This document shows, one piece after another, positions 1 to 9,026 of a stretch of DNA of 64,000 bases. How positions within the stretch are numbered: the first letter of the stretch is position 1; every line of letters begins with the position of its first letter. The stretch covers positions 41,570 to 105,569 of the forward strand of contig JAJPHT010000022.1 in assembly GCA_021325135.1 (NCBI GenBank), read 5' to 3'. The notes under the pieces were generated by a model. That model had not been told where the DNA came from. It saw only the letters and a list, made by a program, of their open reading frames with translations, and searched no databases. The DNA is from Pseudomonadota bacterium. GTDB taxonomy: Archaea > Thermoplasmatota > SW-10-69-26 > JACQPN01 > JAJPHT01. The position numbers and the translations under genes were made by a program.

Positions 1-1
1 C

Positions 2-2893
2 TCGAAGTTCAACGCCTCGGTGACCTTCCCCAACGGGACGGTCCTCTACATGTCCGGCGCGACCCGCGGCTCGCTCGCGTTCCCCGTGAGCGAGTTCACG
101 GTCTCCGGCGGCTCGAACCTCCAGTGCTTCGACCCCAACAACGCCGTCTGGATCTCCGGCCCCGGCAGCGCGTGCAACGTCACGAGCATCCTGGCCAAGT
201 CCTTCGGCGTCGACCAGGACACCGGCCGCATCTACTTCGTGCCCGGCTCCAGCCTCTGGCTGGGCGGCACGTACACCTTCGGCCTGACCATCAGCAACGA
301 CGCGGCGGGCAACTCGGAGTACTCCGGCTCGACCACGCTTGTTCCCACCTCCCCCGCGGGCGTCAACCTCGCCCTCACGGACGGCAGCGGGAACTCGCTC
401 ACGGCGATCCCCGTCCTCCCCGGCACGGGCAGCCCCCTGGGTCTCCAGGGCCAGACGGTCCTGCTGAACATCACCGGCGAGTCGCTCTTCCAGCACCCCC
501 TGTGCGAGTCGGGCGGCGCGCCCGGCGACGTGGGCTGCACGGCGAGCCCCACCGGCACCGAGGGTTCCGGCGGCAACTTCGCGGAGAACATCACCGTCTC
601 CGGCGCGGTCCTCCCCACGCACCCCACCACGGGCTCCGCCTCGGGTGACATCACGTACAACCGCACGACCGGCATCGCGACGATCAGCAACCTCGTCACG
701 AGCGGCTCGGGCAACGTGGTGTTCTCGGTCAACTGGAAGGGCACGACGACGACCCTGACCGTCCCCACGAGCGGTGGCGCCAACATCACCACCGACACGG
801 CGGACATCCAGGTCGGCAAGCTGACGAACTTCACGATCACCGTGAAGGACGCCTTCGGCAACCTCGTCCCCACCGCAACCATCAAGGGCTTCAACGAGGA
901 CGGCAGCGCGTTCTCGCCCACCACGGATCCCTTCGGCTCGGGCGGCATCACCGGCAACGGTGGCCCCACCATGGGCCAGGGCGGCGTGTACAACATCAAC
1001 ATCACGCCCGCCAGCGTGAAGAACATGATCGTCCAGGCGACGGTCCAGCCCCCCGGCGGCACCGCGACCTACGCGCTCTACCGCGTGAAGGTCGTCGCCG
1101 GCCACGACCTGACCGTCAACCTGTCGAAGACGGACACCTCCGCGGGTCTGCCGACGTTCATCAGCGTGAACGCGACGAACTCGACGGGCGCGGGCGTCCC
1201 GACCGGAACGGCCCAGGTCTACCTGCTGACGGCCCAGGAGAAGACTGACCTCCTGGCCAACGGCAGCACGTCGCTGAGCAGCGTCCCGTCGTTCCGCAAG
1301 TTCGGGAACAGCCTCACGGCGTTCACGAACTCCAGCGTGTACGGCGTCAACATCACGGCTGCCCTCGGCGCGGACGTCTACAACGTCTACGTCCAGGACG
1401 CCGCCGTGCCCTCGCTCCAGCACGACAACCTGAACAGCATGCCCATGCTCACCGTGCACAACTACACGGTGACCTTCGTGCCCGCGACCATCGCGACCAA
1501 CTGGACCGGCCAGACCAACGTCACGGTCAACGCGACGATCAAGGACTGGCAGGGCAACCTCGCGCCCAACGGCACGCAGATGCGGTACAGCCTGGCGAAC
1601 TCCACGGGCAACCTCACGGACCCGACGGTGGGCGGCAGCTACAACTTCGCCGCGCTGAACAAGACGGGCATCACGAACGGCGTGGTCACCCTGACGGTCA
1701 CGGGCCGCGACCCGGGCGTCATCATGGTCGAGATCATGCCCGCCTCGAGCGCGGGCACCCCCATCTTCACGGGCGCCACCGGCGCGCTCGTCGTGGCGGG
1801 TCCGACCGTGACGGTGAACCCCACCAGCGTGAACATCCTCACGCCGCAGGTCTTGACGATCACGGCCGCCAACTTCACGGGTGGCGCGCTGGCTGGCGTC
1901 GAGGTCCGCGTGTGCGGCATCTCGCTGAACGCGAACTTCCCCTCGACCGCTCCCACGACGCTGACGGCCTCGGACCGCGCGAACTGCACGGCCGTGGACG
2001 TCACCAACGCCGACGGGACGGCCGCGGTCAACGTCGCGCCCAACAGCCTGTCGCCGCTCCTGGTCTACGTGAACAACGTGAACACCGGCGTGTCGATCCC
2101 CGTCTTCGCGGGCACCCTCGCGGTGAGCATCGACAAGACGTCCCCCAAGACTGGCGACACCGTGACCATCACGGCCGCCCAGTCCCAGGGCGCCTCCGGC
2201 TCGGCGGGCATCGCGGTCAACGTGACCCGCGACGGCACGTTCGTCGTCAACCAGACGAGCGACTCCTCGGGCCACGTCGTGCTCTCCAACGTGAGCGCCG
2301 GCAACTACAGCATCGTGGCGACCCGCAGCGGCTTCCTGCCTGGCTTCCTCAACTTCAGCGTTGGGGCGTCCAGCGGGAACGTCACGCCCCCGGGCCCGCA
2401 CTTCACCCTGTCCAACCTCGTGGTGCCCGACACCGCGACGGTCGGCCAGCCGGTGACGGTCAGCGCTGACGTGAAGAACGACGGCACCTCCTCGGGCACG
2501 GCCAACATGCTGCTGCTCGTGAACGACAAGGTCGTCGGCACGTTCTCGCTGCCCGACCTCGGCGTTGGCGAGACGCAGAGCGTGCAGTTCCAGCCCTTCA
2601 CGCCCAGCGTCCCCGGCACGTTCCACGTCGTCGTCAAGATCGGCACCACGACTGTCGACAAGACGATCACGGTGAACCAGCAGGGCACGACCACGTCGAC
2701 GCCCACGACGAGCACGACGACCACGACGACGACCACGACGACCACGTCGCCGACGGTCTCGTCGAGCCCCGTGACGAGCACGCCCACGTCGACCACGACC
2801 ACGACGCCGAGCCCCAGGGTGCCCGGCTTCGAGTTCGTGGCCCTCGTCGGCGCCATCGCCGCGGCGCTCCTCGTGCTCCGCCGCAAGAACTAA
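2..2893 (+). CDS. Large surface (S-layer-like) glycoprotein with Ig-like/CARDB-type modules, Thr-rich linker and PGF-CTERM sorting signal; 5' end outside window
   Basis: Frame open from window start; very many N-x-S/T sequons; poly-Thr/Ser/Pro linker followed by VPGF + hydrophobic helix + RRKN. Confidence 0.85.
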   Translation, partial: SKFNASVTFPNGTVLYMSGATRGSLAFPVSEFTVSGGSNLQCFDPNNAVWISGPGSACNVTSILAKSFGVDQDTGRIYFVPGSSLWLGGTYTFGLTISNDAAGNSEYSGSTTLVPTSPAGVNLALTDGSGNSLTAIPVLPGTGSPLGLQGQTVLLNITGESLFQHPLCESGGAPGDVGCTASPTGTEGSGGNFAENITVSGAVLPTHPTTGSASGDITYNRTTGIATISNLVTSGSGNVVFSVNWKGTTTTLTVPTSGGANITTDTADIQVGKLTNFTITVKDAFGNLVPTATIKGFNEDGSAFSPTTDPFGSGGITGNGGPTMGQGGVYNINITPASVKNMIVQATVQPPGGTATYALYRVKVVAGHDLTVNLSKTDTSAGLPTFISVNATNSTGAGVPTGTAQVYLLTAQEKTDLLANGSTSLSSVPSFRKFGNSLTAFTNSSVYGVNITAALGADVYNVYVQDAAVPSLQHDNLNSMPMLTVHNYTVTFVPATIATNWTGQTNVTVNATIKDWQGNLAPNGTQMRYSLANSTGNLTDPTVGGSYNFAALNKTGITNGVVTLTVTGRDPGVIMVEIMPASSAGTPIFTGATGALVVAGPTVTVNPTSVNILTPQVLTITAANFTGGALAGVEVRVCGISLNANFPSTAPTTLTASDRANCTAVDVTNADGTAAVNVAPNSLSPLLVYVNNVNTGVSIPVFAGTLAVSIDKTSPKTGDTVTITAAQSQGASGSAGIAVNVTRDGTFVVNQTSDSSGHVVLSNVSAGNYSIVATRSGFLPGFLNFSVGASSGNVTPPGPHFTLSNLVVPDTATVGQPVTVSADVKNDGTSSGTANMLLLVNDKVVGTFSLPDLGVGETQSVQFQPFTPSVPGTFHVVVKIGTTTVDKTITVNQQGTTTSTPTTSTTTTTTTTTTTSPTVSSSPVTSTPTSTTTTTPSPRVPGFEFVALVGAIAAALLVLRRKN

Positions 2894-2904
2894 CTGAGCG
2901 CACG

Positions 2905-2950
2905 GCGCGGGCGCCCTTGAGGCGCCCGCGCATCCCCCCTTTTTCTCATC
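2905..2950 (+). terminator. Putative terminator hairpin
   Basis: gcgcgggcgcc / ggcgcccgcgc 11-bp stem followed by pyrimidine/T tract just after the stop. Confidence 0.55.
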
Positions 2951-3028
2951 TTCTCTCCCCCAGCGCGAGCGCCGCGTCGCCTCCAGCGGGGATCAGATGA
3001 TAAGGCCGCGACGGCACGCTGGGGGAGC

Positions 3029-3433
3029 ATGCTTCCCCTCCTCGCCATCGGCCGCTCCATGCGACGCAGCCACGCCCGCCGCGCCGTCCTCGTCGCCCTC
3101 GACCGGCTCGGGCAGGCCGGGCTCGCGCCGCTCGCGGAGCAGGCGGGCCTCGCGCCCGAGCGCGTGCGCGCGGTCCTCCACGGCCGTCTGCCGGGCTTCC
3201 TGCCGGAGCTGTCGCTCCTCGCGCTGGAGCTCGTCCGCCAGGAAGGAGAGGAGTACGCCATCGCGCCGCGCGGGCGGCTCGTCGTGAGGTCGCTGGCGCG
3301 CGGCGGGCTCAAGCTCCTGCTGGAGGGGCCGGACGCCGCGCTGCGCGCGCCGCTGGAAGCCGCGCACGAAGAACGATGCCCCGCGTGCGGGCAGCGCGTG
3401 CCGCCGCGCGACCGCAGGCCGCAGAGGCGTTAG
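3029..3433 (+). CDS. Winged-helix protein resembling the EarA (DUF1495) archaellum activator family
   Basis: RSMRRSHARRAVL...LAEQAG...V.AVL.G...ELSLLALELV...YAIAPRG resembles the remembered EarA pattern; C-terminal CPAC. Confidence 0.55.
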   Translation: MLPLLAIGRSMRRSHARRAVLVALDRLGQAGLAPLAEQAGLAPERVRAVLHGRLPGFLPELSLLALELVRQEGEEYAIAPRGRLVVRSLARGGLKLLLEGPDAALRAPLEAAHEERCPACGQRVPPRDRRPQRR

Positions 3434-3434
3434 C

Positions 3435-3749
3435 TCACGCCTTGGGCTTCGCCTCGCCCTTGGGCGCCTCGGCGGCCTTCAGCGCCTCGGCGATCTGCTG
3501 GAGAAGCACGCTCTTCGCGCCGCGCGCGTCGATGAGCACGCGCCCTTCGCTCTTCCACCAGCGCTTGGGGTGGCCCACGCCCTTCTCCAGGACGGGGCGC
3601 AGGTGCATCTTCGCGGCGACCTGGGCGACGGCCTCGGCGGTGGGCTCCGCGATGGCCAGGTGCCTGGGCACCCGGCGCCAGGGGCGCGGCTCGGCCGCGT
3701 CGAAGTAGAGCGGCCAGAGGACGAGTTTCCCGTCGTCGCGCGAGACCAT
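3435..3749 (-). CDS. srp19: Signal recognition particle protein SRP19/Sec65
   Basis: LWPLYFD...RRVP..LA...P, HPKRWW..EGRVL motifs. Confidence 0.93.
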   Translation of the reverse strand: MVSRDDGKLVLWPLYFDAAEPRPWRRVPRHLAIAEPTAEAVAQVAAKMHLRPVLEKGVGHPKRWWKSEGRVLIDARGAKSVLLQQIAEALKAAEAPKGEAKPKA

Positions 3750-3798
3750 GAGAATCAGAGGGAAGCGGCCGGCAGGGGCGGCCGAGGTGTCAGGCGGT

Positions 3799-4179
3799 TC
3801 ACTCGACGAGGACGGCGTTGATCGCGCCGTGCTGGCCGGGGCGGCTCGTGATCCGCGCCTTTCCGGCGCTGGTCTGCACGATGGCGCCCTTGGTCATGAT
3901 GTTGCGGCGCACGTAGTTGATGTTCGCCGGGTTGCCCGTCACGGTGGTGATCTTCGCGGGCGCGGTCTTCCCCGTCTTGGGGTTGGTCACGTTGGCCGTG
4001 TCCGCCTTGAGCATGCGCACGCGCATCTCGCCCGCGCGGACGCGGACGTACTTGCGCTTCGTCGCGCCGATGGTCGTGAGAACGGGCTCGCGGCCGATCT
4101 CGAACTTGCGCTTCTTGTGGGCCATCATCCGGCGGCCGCCGGAGGGCTTGCGCTTGGATTCGCCCTGCCAAATCGCCAT
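3799..4179 (-). CDS. rps8e: 30S ribosomal protein S8e
   Basis: KRKPSGGR...KKRKFEIGR, NPAN.NYVRRNI.TKGAI, ITSRPGQHG.INAVL. Confidence 0.97.
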   Translation of the reverse strand: MAIWQGESKRKPSGGRRMMAHKKRKFEIGREPVLTTIGATKRKYVRVRAGEMRVRMLKADTANVTNPKTGKTAPAKITTVTGNPANINYVRRNIMTKGAIVQTSAGKARITSRPGQHGAINAVLVE

Positions 4180-4477
4180 GCTGACACCGATCCTGAGGGG
4201 GCAGCGATCCCCGTTCCCCTATTTGAGTATTTTCCGGGCGGAGGATCCTCCGCGACTTGAGGGGCCCAGGGTTTCCACCGAGCGTGTTAAGTAGTGGCTA
4301 GCCTCTTTCCGGTGCAGCCACTCCCTCCCGTGCAGCCATGCGGCGGTGAGAAATCTTCTTATAGCGATATCGCAACATAGGCCTCACGCACGGGGCATCC
4401 GACCCGCATCGGGTATGGATCCACCAGGGAAACGGGCCTCGGACGGCCTGTCTTCTGTGCCCAGGAAGGAATACGAG

Positions 4478-4882
4478 ATGGCTCAACTTTCTCGTCGGGA
4501 AGCCGACTTGGAGATCATCACCGTCGAGGACCTTTCCCAGGCGATCCAGGACCGCATTGGCCTGGGGCTTGAGGAGGCCGACCGCGACGCCGAGTTCGTG
4601 ATGGATATCTTCGGCTTCAACGACCGCATCATCGACAACGTCCTCGAGCCCGAGGACCGTCAGCTCTTCTACATCCTGGAGGAAGAGGGGCTTCTCACCA
4701 CCGAGCGCGAGGAGACCACGCTCTACGACGGCCGCGAGTGGCGCACCCACTACTGGCTCTTCAGGAAGGACAAGATCCTCGCCTCCGCCGAGGCCGCCCG
4801 CGCCAAGGCCGGCTCCGCCGACCACGAGTTCGGCATCTACGCCGAGATGCCCGAAGACGTGTGGGCCGCCCGGAAGCGCTAG
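4478..4882 (+). CDS. Conserved Thermoplasmatota protein (DUF6015-like)
   Basis: FGF.DRIIDNVLEPEDR.LFY.LEEEGLL.TEREET.LYDGREWR.HYW; ATG 4478 after purine-rich aggaagga. Confidence 0.75.
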   Translation: MAQLSRREADLEIITVEDLSQAIQDRIGLGLEEADRDAEFVMDIFGFNDRIIDNVLEPEDRQLFYILEEEGLLTTEREETTLYDGREWRTHYWLFRKDKILASAEAARAKAGSADHEFGIYAEMPEDVWAARKR

Positions 4883-4932
4883 CTCCCGAAAGCGCCGACG
4901 AGCGGGCTCGTTGAGCGCCGCCCGGAAGCGCT
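4865..4932 (+). repeat. 16-bp direct duplication of the gene 3' end
   Basis: gccgcccggaagcgct at 4865-4880 and 4917-4932. Confidence 0.85.
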
Positions 4933-5049
4933 GAGAGTTTTTTCGCCGGCCTCCGGCTGGCTCATCCTCAACCCACCAGGGGGCGCGCCGCCTCGGGCGA
5001 GCCAACCCTTGATATGGGGGAACTCCGTTGGCGCGGCCGAGGAACGCCC

Positions 5050-5265
5050 GTGGCCCTTCCCCTCGACGTGCTTGAGCGCAGCATCAACAAGAAGATGTCC
5101 CTCCAGCTCAAGGACGGCCGCGTCATCGAGGGCAAGCTGGTCGGCTACGACCAGTACATGAACCTCGTCCTGGAAGAGAGCGAGGAGAAGGCCGGAGAGA
5201 CGGGCCGCCGCCTGGGCACCCTCGTGCTCCGCGGCAACAACGTCGTGACCATCTCCCCGCAGTAG
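5050..5265 (+). CDS. Sm-like (Lsm/SmAP) RNA-binding protein
   Basis: PLDVL...LKDGR...GKL.GYDQYMNLVL, LVLRGNNVV Sm1/Sm2 motifs; GTG start. Confidence 0.93.
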   Translation: MALPLDVLERSINKKMSLQLKDGRVIEGKLVGYDQYMNLVLEESEEKAGETGRRLGTLVLRGNNVVTISPQ

Positions 5266-5354
5266 GCCTGCCGGCGATCGCCGGACGCGGAACGCCTTAT
5301 ATATCGGCCGACCCCGTGTTTCAAAATCTATAAGACACGGGGCATTCTGATAGG

Positions 5355-5497
5355 AACTCGGAAGGGCCCGGCTGGTAGTTGTTCAAGTGCATCCCATCCC
5401 CTCCTTGTGAGGCCAGCTTCGTCCTTCCACTCTCACATCCGCCAGCCCCTCTGGCGGACTCACCATTCTTCCAGGCCGAGCCCTGGCCTGATCCTTT
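5355..5497 (+). ncRNA. Candidate structured small RNA (unassigned; strand uncertain)
   Basis: TATA-like boxes at 5297 and 5327; closing stem 5363-5375/5471-5484; internal stems 5406-5411/5432-5437 and 5438-5445/5451-5458; no convincing ORF. Confidence 0.3.
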
Positions 5498-5508
5498 CTG
5501 CGTCGCAG

Positions 5509-5591
5509 GCCCGTCGCGTCGTCACGCCTTCGTCGTGACGACTTGCGCCGGACCTGCAGCCCGTCGCGTCGTCACGCCTTTGTCGTGACGA
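5509..5591. repeat. 33-bp direct duplication of the map 3' end, each copy containing a hairpin
   Basis: gcccgtcgcgtcgtcacgcctt[c/t]gtcgtgacga at 5509-5541 and 5559-5591. Confidence 0.85.
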
Positions 5592-6471
5592 TGCACTCGG
5601 ATTCGAGCACGAGGACGGTGTGCTCGAACTGCGCGACCTGGCCCTCGCCGATCTCGTGGAGGATGGGGTACTGCTTCACGGCGCCCGCGCGCTCCAGCAG
5701 GCGCATGGCGTAGGCCACGCGCTCGGGGGGGACGGCGCCCGCGATCCAGCGCTCGGCGAAGGGGAGCTTGGGATATCGTTCCGCGATGTGCTTCAGCGCG
5801 TCGCGCGCGACGGGGTCGCGCACGGGGCGCGCGCCCATGAAGTGGTAGATGTGCCCGCCCTTGGTGTCGCGGATCTTGCCCGCGCCGGTGGTGCTGAAGG
5901 GCTCGATGGCGATGGCGGTCCCGGGCTGCACGCGGCCGCGCGCGGTCTGCGCGACGTTGGGGATGGAGAGCCCCGCGTGCTGCACGTATTGATCCACGCT
6001 GTGCCCGGTGAGGTTCACGATGGGCTTGTAGCCGCGGCCGCGGATGGTGCTCTCGATGGCGCGGCTGATGTCCTCGATGGGGACGTTGGGCTTCACGACC
6101 TCCAGCGCGGCCGCCAGCGCGTCCCGGGTGCACTGCATGAGGTCCGCGTGCTTGCTCGTGCCCACCTCGACGGTGATGGCCGTGTCGCCGATCCAGCCGT
6201 CCACCTGCACGCCGCAGTCGAGCTTCACGACCTGGCCTTCCACGAACTCGCGCGCGTCCAGCACGGCGGGCGTCTCGTGCGCGGCGTCCGCGTCCAGGCT
6301 GATGCAGCAGGGGAAGGCGCACTCGCCGCCGTTCTCGCGGATGAAGCGCTCCACGGCCTCCGCGACGTCGATCATGCGCGCGCCGGGCTTCACCAGCGAG
6401 GCGCCGTACTCGCGCGCGCGGCCGGCGAGGTTCCCGGCCTTGCGGTACTTCTCGATGGCGTCAGCGTCCAC
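5572..6471 (-). CDS. map: Methionine aminopeptidase type II
   Basis: AFP.CIS....AAH.TP, KLD.G..VDG.IGDTA.T, NLTGH, AIEPF, QFEHT; GTG start 6471. Confidence 0.95.
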   Translation of the reverse strand: MDADAIEKYRKAGNLAGRAREYGASLVKPGARMIDVAEAVERFIRENGGECAFPCCISLDADAAHETPAVLDAREFVEGQVVKLDCGVQVDGWIGDTAITVEVGTSKHADLMQCTRDALAAALEVVKPNVPIEDISRAIESTIRGRGYKPIVNLTGHSVDQYVQHAGLSIPNVAQTARGRVQPGTAIAIEPFSTTGAGKIRDTKGGHIYHFMGARPVRDPVARDALKHIAERYPKLPFAERWIAGAVPPERVAYAMRLLERAGAVKQYPILHEIGEGQVAQFEHTVLVLESECIVTTKA

Positions 6472-7051
6472 GGGCTTCGACCTCCGCCGCGCGAATCGCG
6501 CCCTCGCGCAAAACCTTTGCCTCATCGCCCGTGGCGTCCACGACGGTGTCGAGCCTGCCGCTGCGCGCGCCCGCGTCCACGACGAGCCGCGCCTCGGCGC
6601 CCGCGAGGTCGCGCGCGCGCCGCGCGTCGGCCGCGTCGAGGTCCGCCGCCGCGAGGGGCCCGAAGTGGCGCGCGAGGCGCCGCGTGAGGTCGACGCTGGG
6701 CGCGCGCACGGCGACGAGGTCCGCGCCCGCGGTCACCTCGTCGGGGATCCACGGGCGCGGCCGCAGGAGCAGCGTCAGCGGGCCCGGCCAGAAGGCGTCG
6801 GCGAGGCGGCGCGCCAGCGGCGTCGCGAAGGCGACCTGCTGCACGTCCTCGAAGCCGCCCACGAGCACCGGGAGCGCCTCGTCCGCGCTGCGGCCCGTCG
6901 CGCGGAAGAGGCGCAGCGCGGCCGCGTCGTCCAGCGCGTCGCCGCAGAGCGCGTAGGCGCCGTCCATGGGCAGCACGGCCAGCTCGCCCGCGTCGAGGAG
7001 CCCGGTCGCGCGCTGCACGACGTCCGGCTCGGAGTGCGCGACGAGCTCCAC
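6461..7051 (-). CDS. TsaC/YrdC/Sua5-family protein with degenerate motifs
   Basis: LADAFWPGPLTLLL, VAVR.P, TVVD.T....VLREGAI; KxR and SxN motifs altered. Confidence 0.85.
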   Translation of the reverse strand: MELVAHSEPDVVQRATGLLDAGELAVLPMDGAYALCGDALDDAAALRLFRATGRSADEALPVLVGGFEDVQQVAFATPLARRLADAFWPGPLTLLLRPRPWIPDEVTAGADLVAVRAPSVDLTRRLARHFGPLAAADLDAADARRARDLAGAEARLVVDAGARSGRLDTVVDATGDEAKVLREGAIRAAEVEARGR

Positions 7052-7055
7052 GGGA

Positions 7056-7565
7056 TCACTTCTTCTCGAGCTGCTTCTTGATGAGGTCGCCCAGCGTCAA
7101 TTCCTTGGCGCCGGCGTTGCCCACGGGGCGTCCGCCGATGCCGGAGGGCGCCTCGGGCTTCTCCTTGAGCTTGACGTCCAGCGCCTTCTCCAGCTTCGCC
7201 ACGAGCGCGTCGGGCGGGTGGTAGGTGCCCTTCTCGATGTTCGCCAGGTTGCTCACGCGCTCGTTGATGGCCTTGCCCAGGTCCTCGATGGAGAGGCCGG
7301 CGCGCTGGCGGGCCTGCTTCACGCGCTCGCCGTAGTCCTCGACGAGCTCCTCCTGCATCTGGTCGTAGATGTCGCGGGGCTTGCCGCGGACGGCGCGCCG
7401 CTCCAGCGCCTGCGTCGTCTGGCTGCGGCCGGTGACCTCGACCTTGGGGCCCGCCTGCTCGACGCCGAACTTCACGCAGTTGCCGCACACGCTCATGGTC
7501 GTGCCTTCGATCACGGCGCGCCGCAGCGAAGGGAACTCCTTGCCGCACATCTCGCAGGAGGGCAT
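7056..7565 (-). CDS. Archaeal multiprotein bridging factor aMBF1 (Zn ribbon + HTH)
   Basis: CEMCG...VC..C.KFG, ELVEDYG..V..AR...GLS, terminal LTLGD. Confidence 0.92.
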   Translation of the reverse strand: MPSCEMCGKEFPSLRRAVIEGTTMSVCGNCVKFGVEQAGPKVEVTGRSQTTQALERRAVRGKPRDIYDQMQEELVEDYGERVKQARQRAGLSIEDLGKAINERVSNLANIEKGTYHPPDALVAKLEKALDVKLKEKPEAPSGIGGRPVGNAGAKELTLGDLIKKQLEKK

Positions 7566-7765
7566 CGTCGCTCCATGGGGGCTCCATGGATAAAGCCCTC
7601 TCCCGATGCTCGTGGAGGTGGAAGCCGCTCCGGAGATCGAACGATCAGCCGTCCGCCCCAGGCGTTTCCACAAACGCTTAATATGGAGCAACCCTACCCA
7701 GCGACTGCGCCACCCCCGGGGAAATGCGGGTTTCCCGGAGTTCTGGGCGCACGGGATTGGTCCGC

Positions 7766-9025
7766 GTGTCCGAGGACGACATCTTCACGCCGTCGCCCCT
7801 TCCTCTCGACGGCATCGTCCCCGGGGAGGACGACGAGCGCTACCTTGTCGAGCGCGTCAAGCACCTGGAGGAGCGCAACGCCCAGCTTCGCGACCAGAAG
7901 CGCCGGCTGGAGACCCAGTACCGCAACGCGGAGAACGACCGCCAGCGCCTGGCGCGGGAGATCAAGCACATCAAGGCGGAGATGGAGAAGCTGAAGTCCC
8001 CGCCGCTCATCGTCGGCTACGTCAAGGACATCCTGGAGGACGGGCGCGTCGTGTTGAAGAGCAGCACCGGCCCCCACTTCGTCGTCCACGTGGCGGACTT
8101 CGTCGACCGCGCCCAGATGAAGGCCGGCGACCGCGTCTCGCTGAACCAGCAGAGCCTCAGCGTCGTGGGCGTGCTGCCCGCCTCGCTGGACCCCGCCGTC
8201 TACGGCGCCGAGGTCGTGGAGCACCCCACCGTCACCTACGAGGACGTGGGCGGCATCAAGGCGCAGCTCCAGGAGATCCGGGAGGCCATCGAGCTTCCCA
8301 TGAACCGCCCCGAGCTCTTCGAGCGCGTGGGCATCGATCCGCCCAAGGGCATCCTCCTCCACGGCCCCCCGGGCACCGGCAAGACGCTCATCGCCAAGGC
8401 CGTCGCGCACCACACCAACGCCACCTTCATCAAGCTGGCCGGGAGCGAGCTGGTGCAGAAGTACATCGGCGAGGGCGCGCGGCTCGTGCGCGAGCTTTTC
8501 CAGATGGCGCGCGCCAAGGCGCCCAGCATCCTCTTCATCGACGAGCTTGACGCCATCGGCGCCTCGCGCTACGAGGCGAGCACCAGCGGCGACCGCGAGG
8601 TGCAGCGCACGCTCATGCAGCTGCTCTCGGAGATGGACGGCTTCAGCCCCCGCGGCGACGTGAAGATCATTGCGGCGACCAACCGCCCCGACATGCTGGA
8701 CTCCGCCCTCACGCGACCGGGCCGCTTCGACCGCCTCATCGAGATCCCCAAGCCCGACCTGGACTCGCGCCGCGAGATCTTCGCCATCCACACGCGCCGC
8801 ATGAGCGTCGCCCTGGACGTGGACCTCGCGCGCCTTGCCTTGCAGGTCGGCGAGGACGCCACCGGCGCGGACATCAAGGCGGTCTGCACCGAGGCCGGCA
8901 TGTTCGCCATCCGCGAGGAGCGCGACTCGGTCGCCATGGCCGACTTCGAGAAGAGCATCCGCAAGCTCCTCGGCCAGAAGATCGGCGGCGCCCAGAACCT
9001 CCACAAGGACTCGGCCTTTGCCTAA
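7766..9025 (+). CDS. pan: Proteasome-activating nucleotidase (AAA+)
   Basis: Coiled coil, PPL.VG, GPPGTGKT, SELVQKYIGEGARLV, FIDELDAI, GDREVQRT, RPGRFDR, C-terminal AFA. Confidence 0.96.
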   Translation: MSEDDIFTPSPLPLDGIVPGEDDERYLVERVKHLEERNAQLRDQKRRLETQYRNAENDRQRLAREIKHIKAEMEKLKSPPLIVGYVKDILEDGRVVLKSSTGPHFVVHVADFVDRAQMKAGDRVSLNQQSLSVVGVLPASLDPAVYGAEVVEHPTVTYEDVGGIKAQLQEIREAIELPMNRPELFERVGIDPPKGILLHGPPGTGKTLIAKAVAHHTNATFIKLAGSELVQKYIGEGARLVRELFQMARAKAPSILFIDELDAIGASRYEASTSGDREVQRTLMQLLSEMDGFSPRGDVKIIAATNRPDMLDSALTRPGRFDRLIEIPKPDLDSRREIFAIHTRRMSVALDVDLARLALQVGEDATGADIKAVCTEAGMFAIREERDSVAMADFEKSIRKLLGQKIGGAQNLHKDSAFA

Positions 9026-9026
9026 A

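Noticed and set aside
2687-2812. ACG/ACC tandem repeat as a DNA repeat element
   Set aside because: It simply encodes the Thr-rich linker of the surface protein
4180-4477. SRP RNA near srp19/rps8e
   Set aside because: No helix-8 signature; AT-rich boxes fit divergent promoters
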